A stretch of 64,000 bases of DNA from Zancudomyces culisetae HAW-14-8 (lineage: Eukaryota > Fungi > Kickxellomycota), in assembly GCA_052426225.1 (NCBI GenBank), contig JBNJNM010000015.1, positions 1,798,001 through 1,862,000 on the forward strand. The letters are read 5' to 3'. The notes below the pieces were generated by a model. The model was given only the letters and a program-made list of their open reading frames with translations. It ran no database searches and was not told the origin of the DNA. A program made the position numbers and the translations under genes. Positions 36,129-47,000 of this stretch are shown one piece after another (position 1 is the first letter of the stretch; every line of letters starts with the position of its first letter).

Positions 36129-38513
36129 ATGCTTCGAACAGATTCTGGAAATAGTAACTCTACAAATGATGGCAAGAAAGAAAAAAAGACTAAATCATAC
36201 GCTGACAAGTCCTACAAAAGGCATGTAATAAATTTTAGAATTAACCAGAAAAAGAACTCACGCAAAAGGCCCATAAACCAGCTTTTACAAGAACTTATCG
36301 GGGGTATCGAAAAAAAGGTTGATCTATTGCAAAAGAAAGCCAAAAAAAGAAAGGCCACATCCACGGGAAATTTCTATCGAAACATAAAAAAACAAACAGG
36401 AAATTTGCTGACAAATGTCTGCCTTATTGATTTAAACACTGAAAACACTGTTGGTGGGAGTTCAGAGGAAATTTTACTGTCAAGGCTTTTAAAGGATGTG
36501 ATAGAGGATTTAATGAATATGTTTGCGTATCGCTATCCTATTCCTGCAAATGTTCTCCGAATTCCTCATTTTATACAAAATGTAAAGAGTTTCCAAGTAC
36601 CAAAATACGTTATTTACACGCTTTTGTTGATGGGATCTTCTATGCTAAAGGATAATAAGTTTTTTGAAGTATTTACAGAGGAAAGACGCAAAAGGGTATT
36701 GAAATATGCTACTGAATATATGAAAATTGTACTCAGACACCCAGATTGCTTAGGCATATGGACGATGGTTGTGCTAAGCAGATATTACACTACTACTGGG
36801 ATTGTGACACAATGCACTAAATATACCAACTTAGCAGCTAGGTTAGCAATTTCAATAAAGCTGCACATGGTGGATGCATACTGTATTAGTACCCCTGAGA
36901 TTGAGTGTGAGGATTTAATTGTAGAAAAAGAACTTAAAAGGCGACTTTGGTGGTGTTTATACATATACTCCGTAGGGCTTTCTGAGGGTTTAACTCTTAT
37001 CCCCCCTATACAACTTAAAGATGTATTTGTAAACTTGCCCAGCAATGATTATTTATGGCATAGCAGGGCAAAGTTTACAATTTCAGATACAAAGCCGATA
37101 AACAGGCATGATATAATTCTGGACAGTCAAGGGGGTTTCAAGCTTGATACATATGCTTCACACACAATGCTGCTCAAGATAAGATATGAAATTGTGACAT
37201 TTGTTAACCGAAGGGAAATTACGATTTCAAAAGACATGGGAATGGATTATAGACGCTACTTGAAGCTGTTCACAGATGCTAGAAAATTTCAGAATAATGC
37301 GGTAGTGAGGTTTCATAATGAACTAGAGAAGATATTAGCGTTCTCAATAAGAAACCAGGAGATGGTAAACACAATGAACATTGAGTATTTTATAGTACAG
37401 CACTGTATATTGATCTTGAATACTTGTATGACGAATATGTATATCATCAGTTCAGAAATAGCTCACTATGAAAATGTGGATATCCATCCACAGCGTGTAA
37501 AATCAGCCAAATTTACTTTAATAGATAATACCCTCTATTTTATAGAGGTTTTCTACTGGTTAGTGTCAAATTTTTCTCCTGATAAGCTTGATCTAGAGCT
37601 TGTACTGTTGGCGTTAAATACCTACAAGGTTTTGATCAATCTGGAGTATATCAGAAATTTGGCCAGACATAATGCAATTGTAAACGGAAAGAGAGTAATA
37701 ATCAAATATTTTGAAAGGCTTAAATCAACATTTCTATTATCCGAAACATTTATTTATCTGGCCAACAACATGTCTGACCTTAAAAAAAGCTATGATAAAG
37801 CCAATATAAAATTCAGAAACATTCCATACAACTTTAAAATGAAGATGATCTCATCTTACGACTACAACCCATGGCTGATTTCAAATGGAAGCAACTACCA
37901 TAGGAGGGAATGCTGCTACAATTCAACTAATACAAAAATACATGATCCATTTCTGCTAAGTAGGCTCGCTGAAAAAGAATGTCTGGATAAAAGCAGGGGA
38001 TTTTCCTATTTTTCAGTCAATGATGCTTGTGATAAAAGAATAATAATGGAAATTGATCTGAAGCCAACAATCGAGGAATCAGAAAAACTTATGTTGACAT
38101 TGGAAGACCTAGAAATATCGAAACGGAAACCAAAAAACCACAAGCATAACTCCAATATCGATCCAACTCTTGATGATGACCCAAAGAACTTTTATGTAAA
38201 AAACGTCGATTTTGACACAATTCCGCAAAACGTTGTATTACTTGAAAAATGTAAAAGGATGATCGAACGTACTTTTTATTCTATTTTGGTGACGAACCAC
38301 AACTATACGAATCCAAGTCATCCCCCGGTATTTGACAATTATTTTTTCAACTTTGGGCACAAAGACACCATGTCAAATTTTGACTTTACCGAACTATTAT
38401 ACAACCCCATAGAACAAGGAAGATACGGATTCACTGATGGGTGTGATTTTATCAACGTCAACAACACGCACTCTAACTTCAATTCCACTCTTAATTCTAT
38501 GGATGATATTTGA
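36129..38513 (+). CDS. Fungal-specific transcription factor (Fungal_trans / middle homology region) protein
   Basis: LAARLAISIKLH...EKELKRRLWWCLYIYS...VNLPSND matches the Fungal_trans consensus. Basic NLS-like N-terminus. Confidence 0.8.
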   Translation: MLRTDSGNSNSTNDGKKEKKTKSYADKSYKRHVINFRINQKKNSRKRPINQLLQELIGGIEKKVDLLQKKAKKRKATSTGNFYRNIKKQTGNLLTNVCLIDLNTENTVGGSSEEILLSRLLKDVIEDLMNMFAYRYPIPANVLRIPHFIQNVKSFQVPKYVIYTLLLMGSSMLKDNKFFEVFTEERRKRVLKYATEYMKIVLRHPDCLGIWTMVVLSRYYTTTGIVTQCTKYTNLAARLAISIKLHMVDAYCISTPEIECEDLIVEKELKRRLWWCLYIYSVGLSEGLTLIPPIQLKDVFVNLPSNDYLWHSRAKFTISDTKPINRHDIILDSQGGFKLDTYASHTMLLKIRYEIVTFVNRREITISKDMGMDYRRYLKLFTDARKFQNNAVVRFHNELEKILAFSIRNQEMVNTMNIEYFIVQHCILILNTCMTNMYIISSEIAHYENVDIHPQRVKSAKFTLIDNTLYFIEVFYWLVSNFSPDKLDLELVLLALNTYKVLINLEYIRNLARHNAIVNGKRVIIKYFERLKSTFLLSETFIYLANNMSDLKKSYDKANIKFRNIPYNFKMKMISSYDYNPWLISNGSNYHRRECCYNSTNTKIHDPFLLSRLAEKECLDKSRGFSYFSVNDACDKRIIMEIDLKPTIEESEKLMLTLEDLEISKRKPKNHKHNSNIDPTLDDDPKNFYVKNVDFDTIPQNVVLLEKCKRMIERTFYSILVTNHNYTNPSHPPVFDNYFFNFGHKDTMSNFDFTELLYNPIEQGRYGFTDGCDFINVNNTHSNFNSTLNSMDDI

Positions 38514-39869
38514 TATTATTGAGTTGTAGTAAACCCTGACATGGACCTTTGAACTCTACTCTTGTTAAAAACTTCATCAAACATATCTCGATATATTATA
38601 AATATATTGTATCTTTGAACTCACAATACCTGACTTGGCTTTGTAGGTTGTCTAGTTGGGCTTTTTAACTTTTAGTATTACAATTCGTCAATAAATTACA
38701 TGTTCTGATTATTTGTGGAAACCTAAAAAATATATAGATAAAAAAACCAATTCTTTAATTAAAACAAAAACTGACCAACCCTGGTGGAAGTGAGGCGAGT
38801 TGTAGTTGATTTAGTTTTACTAAGAGCTATATACTTGTACTAACTTCTGGTTTTTTTTTAGCTCAATGAATGCAAAATCGGAGAATATTCGTGGTATTTG
38901 TTGATATTGTATAGTCATTGTCCAAGAGCTGTTGATACAATACTTATCACCATTCGATTTCATTACTTTAATACCCAATTGGTTGGCTGTACATAAATAT
39001 CGAAAGTACAAAATTATCAGACTATGGTATACCAATATCACAGTATTTTAGTGCGTAATGTAGCTGGTTATGCATATGACGATAGTCGATTTAGATTATA
39101 TTTTTTTTCGTTATTGAAACATCTTTATTATTTTAGCGTTTAATTATAATAATATAACTATCTTGAAGGGTGTAATAATGAAAAATTAATAATTAGCCAA
39201 GTAAACCAAGCTAGTTAGAACTTTAAAAGTTAATCGGCCTTTCAACTAGGATAGCTAGTATTAAAAGTAGATGTATGCTGATAACGAAAAAATAAACTAA
39301 TGATTCTGTACATTCGAAAACGTGTTCAGTTATAGATCATCCAGATCCTCTCTCATGGCAGCAGCGTCAGCGGACCTGATTTGAATTGAAATAACATAAG
39401 TTGAAATATATGCAGTACCACGTGGTAAAAAGCTCAATCAAGATAGAATGCAGTACCATATAAAAGTGCAGAACTTTCCATTTTCCAATCATCCATTATT
39501 ATACTTTAATCACACATGCAGTTAAAATGAGATGGCAAGAATTATAAATGCTTTAACGGATCCTATTTATTCTTGCTAAATCACTACCGCTAGCAGTGGT
39601 AGCTTGATTTTCTACTTGATCTGGATCCATTTCTTTTGATGTTTATCAGATTGATAGTTATAATTAAATTAAAATCAGGGATGTTTAATCGAAGTGTAGA
39701 TATTGGAATTAAACTAGTTATATTTTTGCCAACGAATTATATTTCGATTTGATGAAGATTGCTTGAGATATTTTATTAGCTAAACCTTAGGTTAGTGTAG
39801 TAGAATATTGCAAAAATAAACTTAAATAATATATATACTTTCAAGTATTCATTTGAATTTTTTTCTAGC

Positions 39870-42060
39870 ATGTTCGTGAGTTCTGGGCAAAAGATCTAAT
39901 TAATCGGATTATTTGAAAAAATAATTGTGTTCAAAGGTAATTAAAAAATATCAAATTTAGTTTTCATTTTAACAATAATATAAACAATCTAAAATATTTT
40001 TATAACTATCACGAAGACCAAACAATTCAGCTCAAAAGTTCAAGAGAAAATTTTTAAAAAGTAAAATAACCATAAAAAATTTTAATAATAATAGTAATTT
40101 CAACTATTATCTAGTAAAAATACGAGTATAGAAATTGACCAAATATGGATGAGGAGAAGCAATAAGATATTAAATAAATGCACGCGGAATATAAAAATAG
40201 GCAGATAGCGCAAATTATAATAATTATGTATGAAATTAAAGATAAATCAATATGAGCGTCTTTAGCTTTTTTAGTAGTTCAAAAAATAGTAGCAACATTA
40301 GGAAATAAGTACATTGAACAAGAAGAATTAGTTTAATACAAGTTTAATTAAAGTCAATTATTACTAATGATAGTGTGTCGGATAAAAGTTTAAATAAAAA
40401 AATTTAAAAGTTTAAACTTACTAAAATCTCATGTCAGGTCTGATGAAGAAGCTCTGTTCAACAGTCATTGAACAGTTCCGGGAAATGATCGCTACTCTTC
40501 TGATAGTGATAGATAAGATGTCTCGTCCATGAATGTAGAGCCTGAACCGCCACGTGACCAATTTAAAGATCTTGAAGAAGTAGTCAATCAAAAGTTTCTA
40601 TCTTTCAGAAACCCAACCAACGAGCGTGATCTTCTCGGTAACGTCCGACACATACTTACGCGCTTGACAGAGATGTACCATTATATTTCTATCAATTATA
40701 ATTGAATATGATAAGTTATATAAATCAAATATATTATTAACAAAATTTAGGTTTGGTGAAAATAGCTAGTTAATACTTTACATTATTGAAATCAAAGAAT
40801 GAATACTGGAAAACATTCAATTAATTTTAGTAATACTATTAGTATATTTATTCATTAAAATAACTTTTTTATTTATTTTAGAATAAAACAGGTATATATA
40901 CCTAACTTTTGGTACAAAGCTAAACAAGAGATATTATTTTTAAGTTTTAATTAAATGCTATACAGAAATTAAAGTAGTTGACAAAAAAACACTATTTTGA
41001 ACTAAATTACTGTTAAAATTAAAGTTTAAAATAATTAAAATAATTAAAATTCACGCGAAGGTTAGAAAATAGTATGATTCCTATATTGATATACAAATTC
41101 ACAACTCTTATTTTTACATTCGATTTAGAATAGGCGAAAATGAAATTTAAAAATTTAGTATTATCAAGTGATAAATATTATAATTGAAATTTGAATAATG
41201 TTTATGTATTTTCGTGTGTTCTGGGTTGAATTCCAACTTAATCCGATTTCTTGGGAATATATAAATATTCAAAGGAAATTATTCAATTATCTAAAAATGA
41301 AATGAATTTTATTTAACCATTAACAATCAAAAATATGAAGATTATTTCTGATCATAAAATGAAGGAAATAGTCAGATCAAAAATCCAAGAGAAAAATTAC
41401 AAAATGAAATAAGGACATAAAAAGAATTTATTATTATTAGTATATTTAATTAAATTAAAGAGTATTTAATCGACTATGAAAAATGAGTCAAACTATGAGG
41501 ACGACCACAAAGCATAAATTGAAGGGATAGCGAATATATTAAATATTAATAGGATAAGATTAGTAATAGTTTTAAAATTTGCAATTAACATATATAAAAG
41601 CCAAAGAGATCTCATTAGGAGTCTCTTTAGCTCTTTTAGTAGTTTAAAACATATTCACAAAAGTAAGAAATAAAGACATTGAACAAGAAGGATTCTGTTT
41701 AATATAAGTTTATTGAAAAGTAATTAATCATATAATAGTGCTACGGCTAAAAGTTTAAAATAGTAAAAGATAAAAGTTTAAAATTACTAAAATCTCATGT
41801 CAGGTCTTATGGGTCATCTGCGCGCTGCCATCATCCAGAGATTCAAGGATGAGGGGCGGTACTCCTCGGATAGTGATCGTTCCGAAGCTACTTCTATGGA
41901 AATAGAACCGGAAGCGTCACGTGATCCATTCTCTTTTCTTGAAGGAGTGGTTCAAAGAGAGATGGATTCCATGAGAAACCCGACTAAGGAGCGTGGCCAG
42001 TCCAGCCACGTCCGACAGTATCTAATAAATTATTTATTAAATTACTTCTTTAACCACAAG
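39870..42060. repeat. Diverged tandem duplication, period ~1366 bp (~39870-40705 and ~41210-42060)
   Basis: Shared blocks such as acattgaacaagaag, taagttta and ttactaaaatctcatgtcaggtct. Paralogous ORF starts at 40431 and 41797. Confidence 0.8.
40431..40705 (+). pseudogene. Disrupted paralog of the 41797 ORF
   Basis: MSGLMKKL...QFR, a frameshift near 40482, then RYSSDSDR*DVSSMNVEPEPPRDQF...RNPTNER with an in-frame TAA at 40514. Aligns with ORF 41797. Confidence 0.7.
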
Positions 42061-42099
42061 TATACAAACTTTGATTACAAAAAAAATATACCTATATAA
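41797..42099 (+). CDS. Hypothetical 100-aa protein (GC-richer island in AT-rich DNA)
   Basis: Protein-level conservation with the 40431 copy (RYSSDSDR, EPE..RD.F, RNPT.ER). Confidence 0.5.
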   Translation: MSGLMGHLRAAIIQRFKDEGRYSSDSDRSEATSMEIEPEASRDPFSFLEGVVQREMDSMRNPTKERGQSSHVRQYLINYLLNYFFNHKYTNFDYKKNIPI

Positions 42100-43324
42100 A
42101 TTAAAATATATTTAAATGTGAGTGCTTAATGTGGAAATAGACTCCTATAGAATCGTATTATTTTGATAGAGACTTTGAGCCTTTTTTTCATTATAAAAAC
42201 TTTAATAAATTTAATAAAGTGAAAATGTATTTATAAACAGAATAAATTTTTCTGCAGGGTAAGGATGAGCTAGTTAAGTAAATTATATTTCAGTTAACTA
42301 GATTTACTATCCTTAACAAATATTGATTTGGTTTAAAAAAATAAGTACTAGTTATAGTTCTAATAATAAAAGAATATGAAAATTCTTATACAAATTATTC
42401 ACTAAAAAATATATAAATTAACGACAATACCATCAAATATATTAGTTGACTTATTATCAATTAAAGCATGAAAAATCGTTAGAAGCGGAGTAGATGTATA
42501 ACGGCTACAACCTTTTTGCTAGTGATCAATAGCGATTCAGTAAGAAGAAACAACCAATAGGCACACAATGAGATCAAAGTTAAAATATTGAAATAGTAAT
42601 ATTATATTATCCGAATAATCAGAGAATATAATGTTAGCTTACAACGTAAAAAAACATTAAATGTTAATTCGAAATTATCTTTACATGTACGATTCTAAAT
42701 AGAAATTAATTAAAACAAGCAATAAATATTTTAAATGAATTACTTAGTTTAAATATAATTATTTCAAAGAAAATGTTTTAATATTGGTTAACGGCAATAA
42801 TAATTGTAATAAATATGTTGGTATAGTATCAATACCAGCGGATACCAAACTCTAAAATGACAAATGTAGTATAATAGCTATATACTTTTTGCCAAATAAT
42901 CAATTACGATTCATGAACGAAAGATAATGACCAATTAGAGCAAGCGGAATAAATAGTAAAAAGATATAGGTAGTAAAGTGAATAACAAAGCAAATATAAC
43001 AAGAGCGTACAACGAAAATAGATTTTTTAGCCTTTCTTAACAAAAAATACTTTACATATACATACTTATATACTTATTAGCAAATAGCTCTTGATACTGA
43101 TATAGTTTACTTGGTGTTATATTATTATTATAACAATAATAAAAGATATTAAAACATTAATATTACGGCAATCAAAACCAGTAAAGTGATCCGAGAACTG
43201 AGTATAGCTGACATAATCAGCATTATATCAAACTCAGCCATCACATTAGCTGAAAAAATATATCTGTTAATTTGAAATATCTACATAATTACAATACAAA
43301 ACAACATAAAATTGTAAAATTAAA

Positions 43325-43396
43325 CGCCCGATGTGGGGGTCGAACCCACAGCCTTGAGGTTAAAAGCCTCACGCTCTACCATTGAGCTAACCGGGC
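43325..43396 (-). tRNA. tRNA-Lys (anticodon TTT), intronless
   Basis: GCCCGGTTAGCTCAATGGTAGAGCGTGAGGCTTTTAACCTCAAGGCTGTGGGTTCGACCCCCACATCGGGCG forms a full cloverleaf with A box, B box (GGTTCGACCC) and anticodon stem TGAGG/CCTCA. A T-rich terminator follows. Confidence 0.97.
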
Positions 43397-43405
43397 CGTT
43401 GATTG

Positions 43406-44001
43406 TGTTGAATTCGTTTTCATTTTTTAGTACTAGTCCAATAGGATTTTCCCAAAAAACTTCCACTAATATCAATCACGGTTCCCTAGAAGGGTGGTTA
43501 TTACTGACACAGGATTTACCATTTCTAGCCAGTTAACCACTATCTATAAAACCCCCTCGGAAAGAACACAACTGGACAATTTCCACAATTTTTGGTAAAA
43601 ATAATTTTATTTAAAAGAATTCCTCCCAAAACCTGGAAAATATAGCCAAAATGGCCCTTTCCTTACACTAAAAAAATAGTATTACGCCTCTCTATATATG
43701 TTTATTTTTACTTTTAGTGTGGTTTTGGTCGGATTTACAAATTTTTCAATTTATACTAATAATTTACTAATAAAATTGATTAAAAATAAATCCACTAATA
43801 AAGTATAAAATCGATTCGACTAAAAAATAAATCGATTTGTACTATTAAATTGGCTGTAAAATTGACAAAAATTTATGACATGGTCATAATTTTTGTACTC
43901 TAAATTGAATTGCGCAGGAAACAATTTTTTCAAAATTGATTTCTCTGCTATTTTGCTGCAATGAAAGCGGTAAATTTAAGTTGATGCTTTTGCATACAAC
44001 A
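43406..44001 (-). repeat. E1 3' LTR
   Basis: Direct repeat of 51388-51983 with no mismatch seen by eye. PPT GCTGGAGGGGGGAC (minus strand, ~44004-44017) is adjacent. Confidence 0.95.
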
Positions 44002-44030
44002 ATGTCCCCCCTCCAGCTTTCGCTCCGTGA

Positions 44031-47000
44031 TCAATTCCTGTATCTTCTGATCTTAGTTCTTAAAGAACTTGGAACTACTTCGGGGACCATTCTTTCTGAA
44101 TACTTGTAGGCCTTTAATCTATCGCCGTTCACTGTATCCATGTTTCCGTCTGGGTCTTTGATCAAATACACGCCTTTTGTGTAACACTTGATGATTTCGT
44201 AAGGACCTTCCCAGATTGGGTCAAACTTGCCTCCAGGTCCACTTATTCTTTTTAATACTAGGTCTCCTTCTTTGAACTGATAACGCTTTACCACTTTGTC
44301 GTATCTCTGCTTCATTACTGACTTTGACTTTGCGTTATTTTCCATAGCTTTTTCTCTCATCTTTGGAATACTGATCTGCACGACTCTCATTCTCTGTAAT
44401 ATCTCTTCCTCTAAGTTATCAATTTCAGCCGGCGGCATCCAAGTTGATGGTGTTTGCATTTTTACACCATATAACATCTCTGATGGACTGAACCCAGTAG
44501 ATCTGTTTTTCATTGATCTAACAACCAGTAGGGCTTTCCAAATATAACTATCCCAGTTGTCTCTGTCCATTACGCATATTTTTGCTAAGACATTCTTAAA
44601 TGTTCTATGAAATCTCTCGACTTGTCCGTTAGTCTGAGGCCTGAAAGCAGTAGTTGGTGTGTGTTTTATTCCCAACTGCTTGTATAACTCCGTAGTTATT
44701 TCTGATACAAATGAACTGCCTCTGTCTGAAATTAACTGAGTTGGTACTCCAAACTCCTGTACTACCTTACTTAATAGAAATTCTACGATGGTTTCTGACT
44801 GGAAATTTGTTACTGGTACCGCAATGGGCCACCTAGTAAAATAGTCTATCGCTGTGATGATAAATCTATTCCCAGATTTTGATATAGGGTTAATGGGTCC
44901 TACTACATCTATACCCATGATTTGGAATGGTGCAGGCGCAATTATCGGATGCATTTCCGTTCTTCTAAATTCGCCTTCTTCATATTTTTGGCACCGTTCG
45001 CATTCTTGTACCACTTCTTCTACAATTTTACGCAAGCCTCTTCCTACATATTTATTTTTCACTCTATTGAGAGTGTTTAGAATCCCTTCGTGTCCTTCTT
45101 CATGAATTTCTCTTATCATTAACTTAGCATTGTCGCTGTGTAACACTTCTCGGATTCCTGATTCCCTAGAGTACTTGCATACTTTACCGTTTACTAGTTT
45201 ATACGGCTTTGCTCTTTTTCTTAGCTTGGCTCTGAACTCCTCATCAGCTCGTAGCGGGTAGCTGAAATCTCTGAGGTAGTTCTCAATGGCTTTATGATGT
45301 AAGACATCGATTACCATTAGTTCCTCATACTTTGTTATCTTGTTTTCTTTTTCTCCGGTCTCTACGTTCCTGGATAAATAATCAGTAGGATTATTTGGAC
45401 CGCGGCAATGCTCCAATTCAAAGTCGTACTCTCTTAGGAACATGGCCCATCTAGCGACTCTTCCATTTAACTCTTGAGAATCAAAAACTTTTAACAATGC
45501 CATATGGTCGGTTCGAATCTTGAACCTCTTTCCCCACAGGTAGTGCTTAAACTTTTTGACTCCCCAAACTACTGCCAATCCTTCCAAGTGTGTGATTGAG
45601 TAGTTCTGTTCATGCCTGTTGTTTGTTCTACTGGCATATGCTATGGGTCTTTCTTCCCCATTTTGTACTTGAGATAGAATTGCCCCCAATCCAATTCCAG
45701 ATGCATCCGTTGTGAGTATAAATGCCTGTTCCCAATTTGGGTGTGCCAGAGTCGGTGCTTCTGTTAGTTTTTTAATTAGTGTTTTAACCGACTCTTCACA
45801 ACTTGCGCTCCAAGTCCAGGGTACGTCCTTCTTTAATAGCTCTGTAAGCGGCTTTACTATCAATGCGTATCCCTCTATAAATTTTCTGTAGTAACCTGTG
45901 AGCCCCAAGAACGATTGAATCTCTTTGACGTTCCTTGGTGCGGTTACTTTTTCCATGGCCTCTATTTTATCCTTGTTGGTAGAAATGCCATGTTTAGAGA
46001 CCGTATATCCCAGATACTTGATTTCGGTCTTTGCAAACTCACATTTTTCTTTGTGGAGTTGCACCTTGTGTTGCTTCAATAACTCAAACACTTCTCTAAG
46101 ATGTTGAGTGTGGTCTTCTGTGTTCTTTGAATAGATGATTATGTCATCTACAAACACAATAGCAAACTTCCAGAGTACTTTTGCCAGTACTCGTTCCATC
46201 ATCTTTTGGAATGTTGCCGGACTATTGCATAATCCAAACGGCATTACATTATAGCAATACATACCATCACCTGGTAATGCAAACGCGGTCTTGTGTTTAT
46301 CCGCGCTGTTCATACGTACCTGCCAGAATCCACTCATGGCATCGACTACACTGAATACTCCTGCTTCTCCGAATGCTGCCAGTATGTCGTCAATTATGGG
46401 TAGAGGATAAAGATCTTTTCTGGTAATCATGTTGAGTTTGCGGTAGTCAGAACAGATCCGAAGTTTTCCGTTTTTCTTTTTGACTACAACTACCGGTGCG
46501 CACCAGTCTGATTGACATGGCTCTATGATCCCTCTTTGTTCCATAATTTTTAGTTCTTCCCTCACCTGTTCCCTTAGGTGGTGAGCTATTCTGTATGGTC
46601 GCACTCTTACTGGGTTTGAATCTCCAGTATCAATACTGTGTTCCAACACATTTGTTTGCTGGAGTTCTAGCAAGTCATCCACGAATATCTCTGCATACTC
46701 TTTGAGCACTTCTGCAATATTTTCTGGTAGTTTTTCTTTCTGTTTGCGGTTATCGACTTCCTTGATCATCGAGTAGTATTCATACTCGTTTGTCTGTTTT
46801 GGACCATCTGTTTCAGTTATCATCAGTGAAACTACAACGTCCCCTTCTACCGTTGGTAAGAGCAGCTCCATGTTGCTCAAATCGATGTTGGCCTGGTGTT
46901 TCAGTAACCAATCTGCTCCCAACACCATCCTGTTTAATCCTCCTTCCATAACTACTAAATCTCCTGGGAAGATGAACCCTGCTATAACAAATGGAACATC

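Noticed and set aside
39335-39630. Short inverted matches (ATCCAGATC / GATCTGGAT) suggesting a MITE
   Set aside because: The inverted repeat is short, with no TSD and no second copy in the window.
43333-43536. 67-aa ORF MGVEPTALRLKASRST...
   Set aside because: Antisense reading of the tRNA-Lys gene running into the E1 LTR, a common spurious ORF.
46140-46160. FVDD/FIDD instead of YxDD in the E1/E2 reverse transcriptase
   Set aside because: FxDD occurs in other active Ty3/Gypsy lineages, so it indicates neither inactivation nor novelty.
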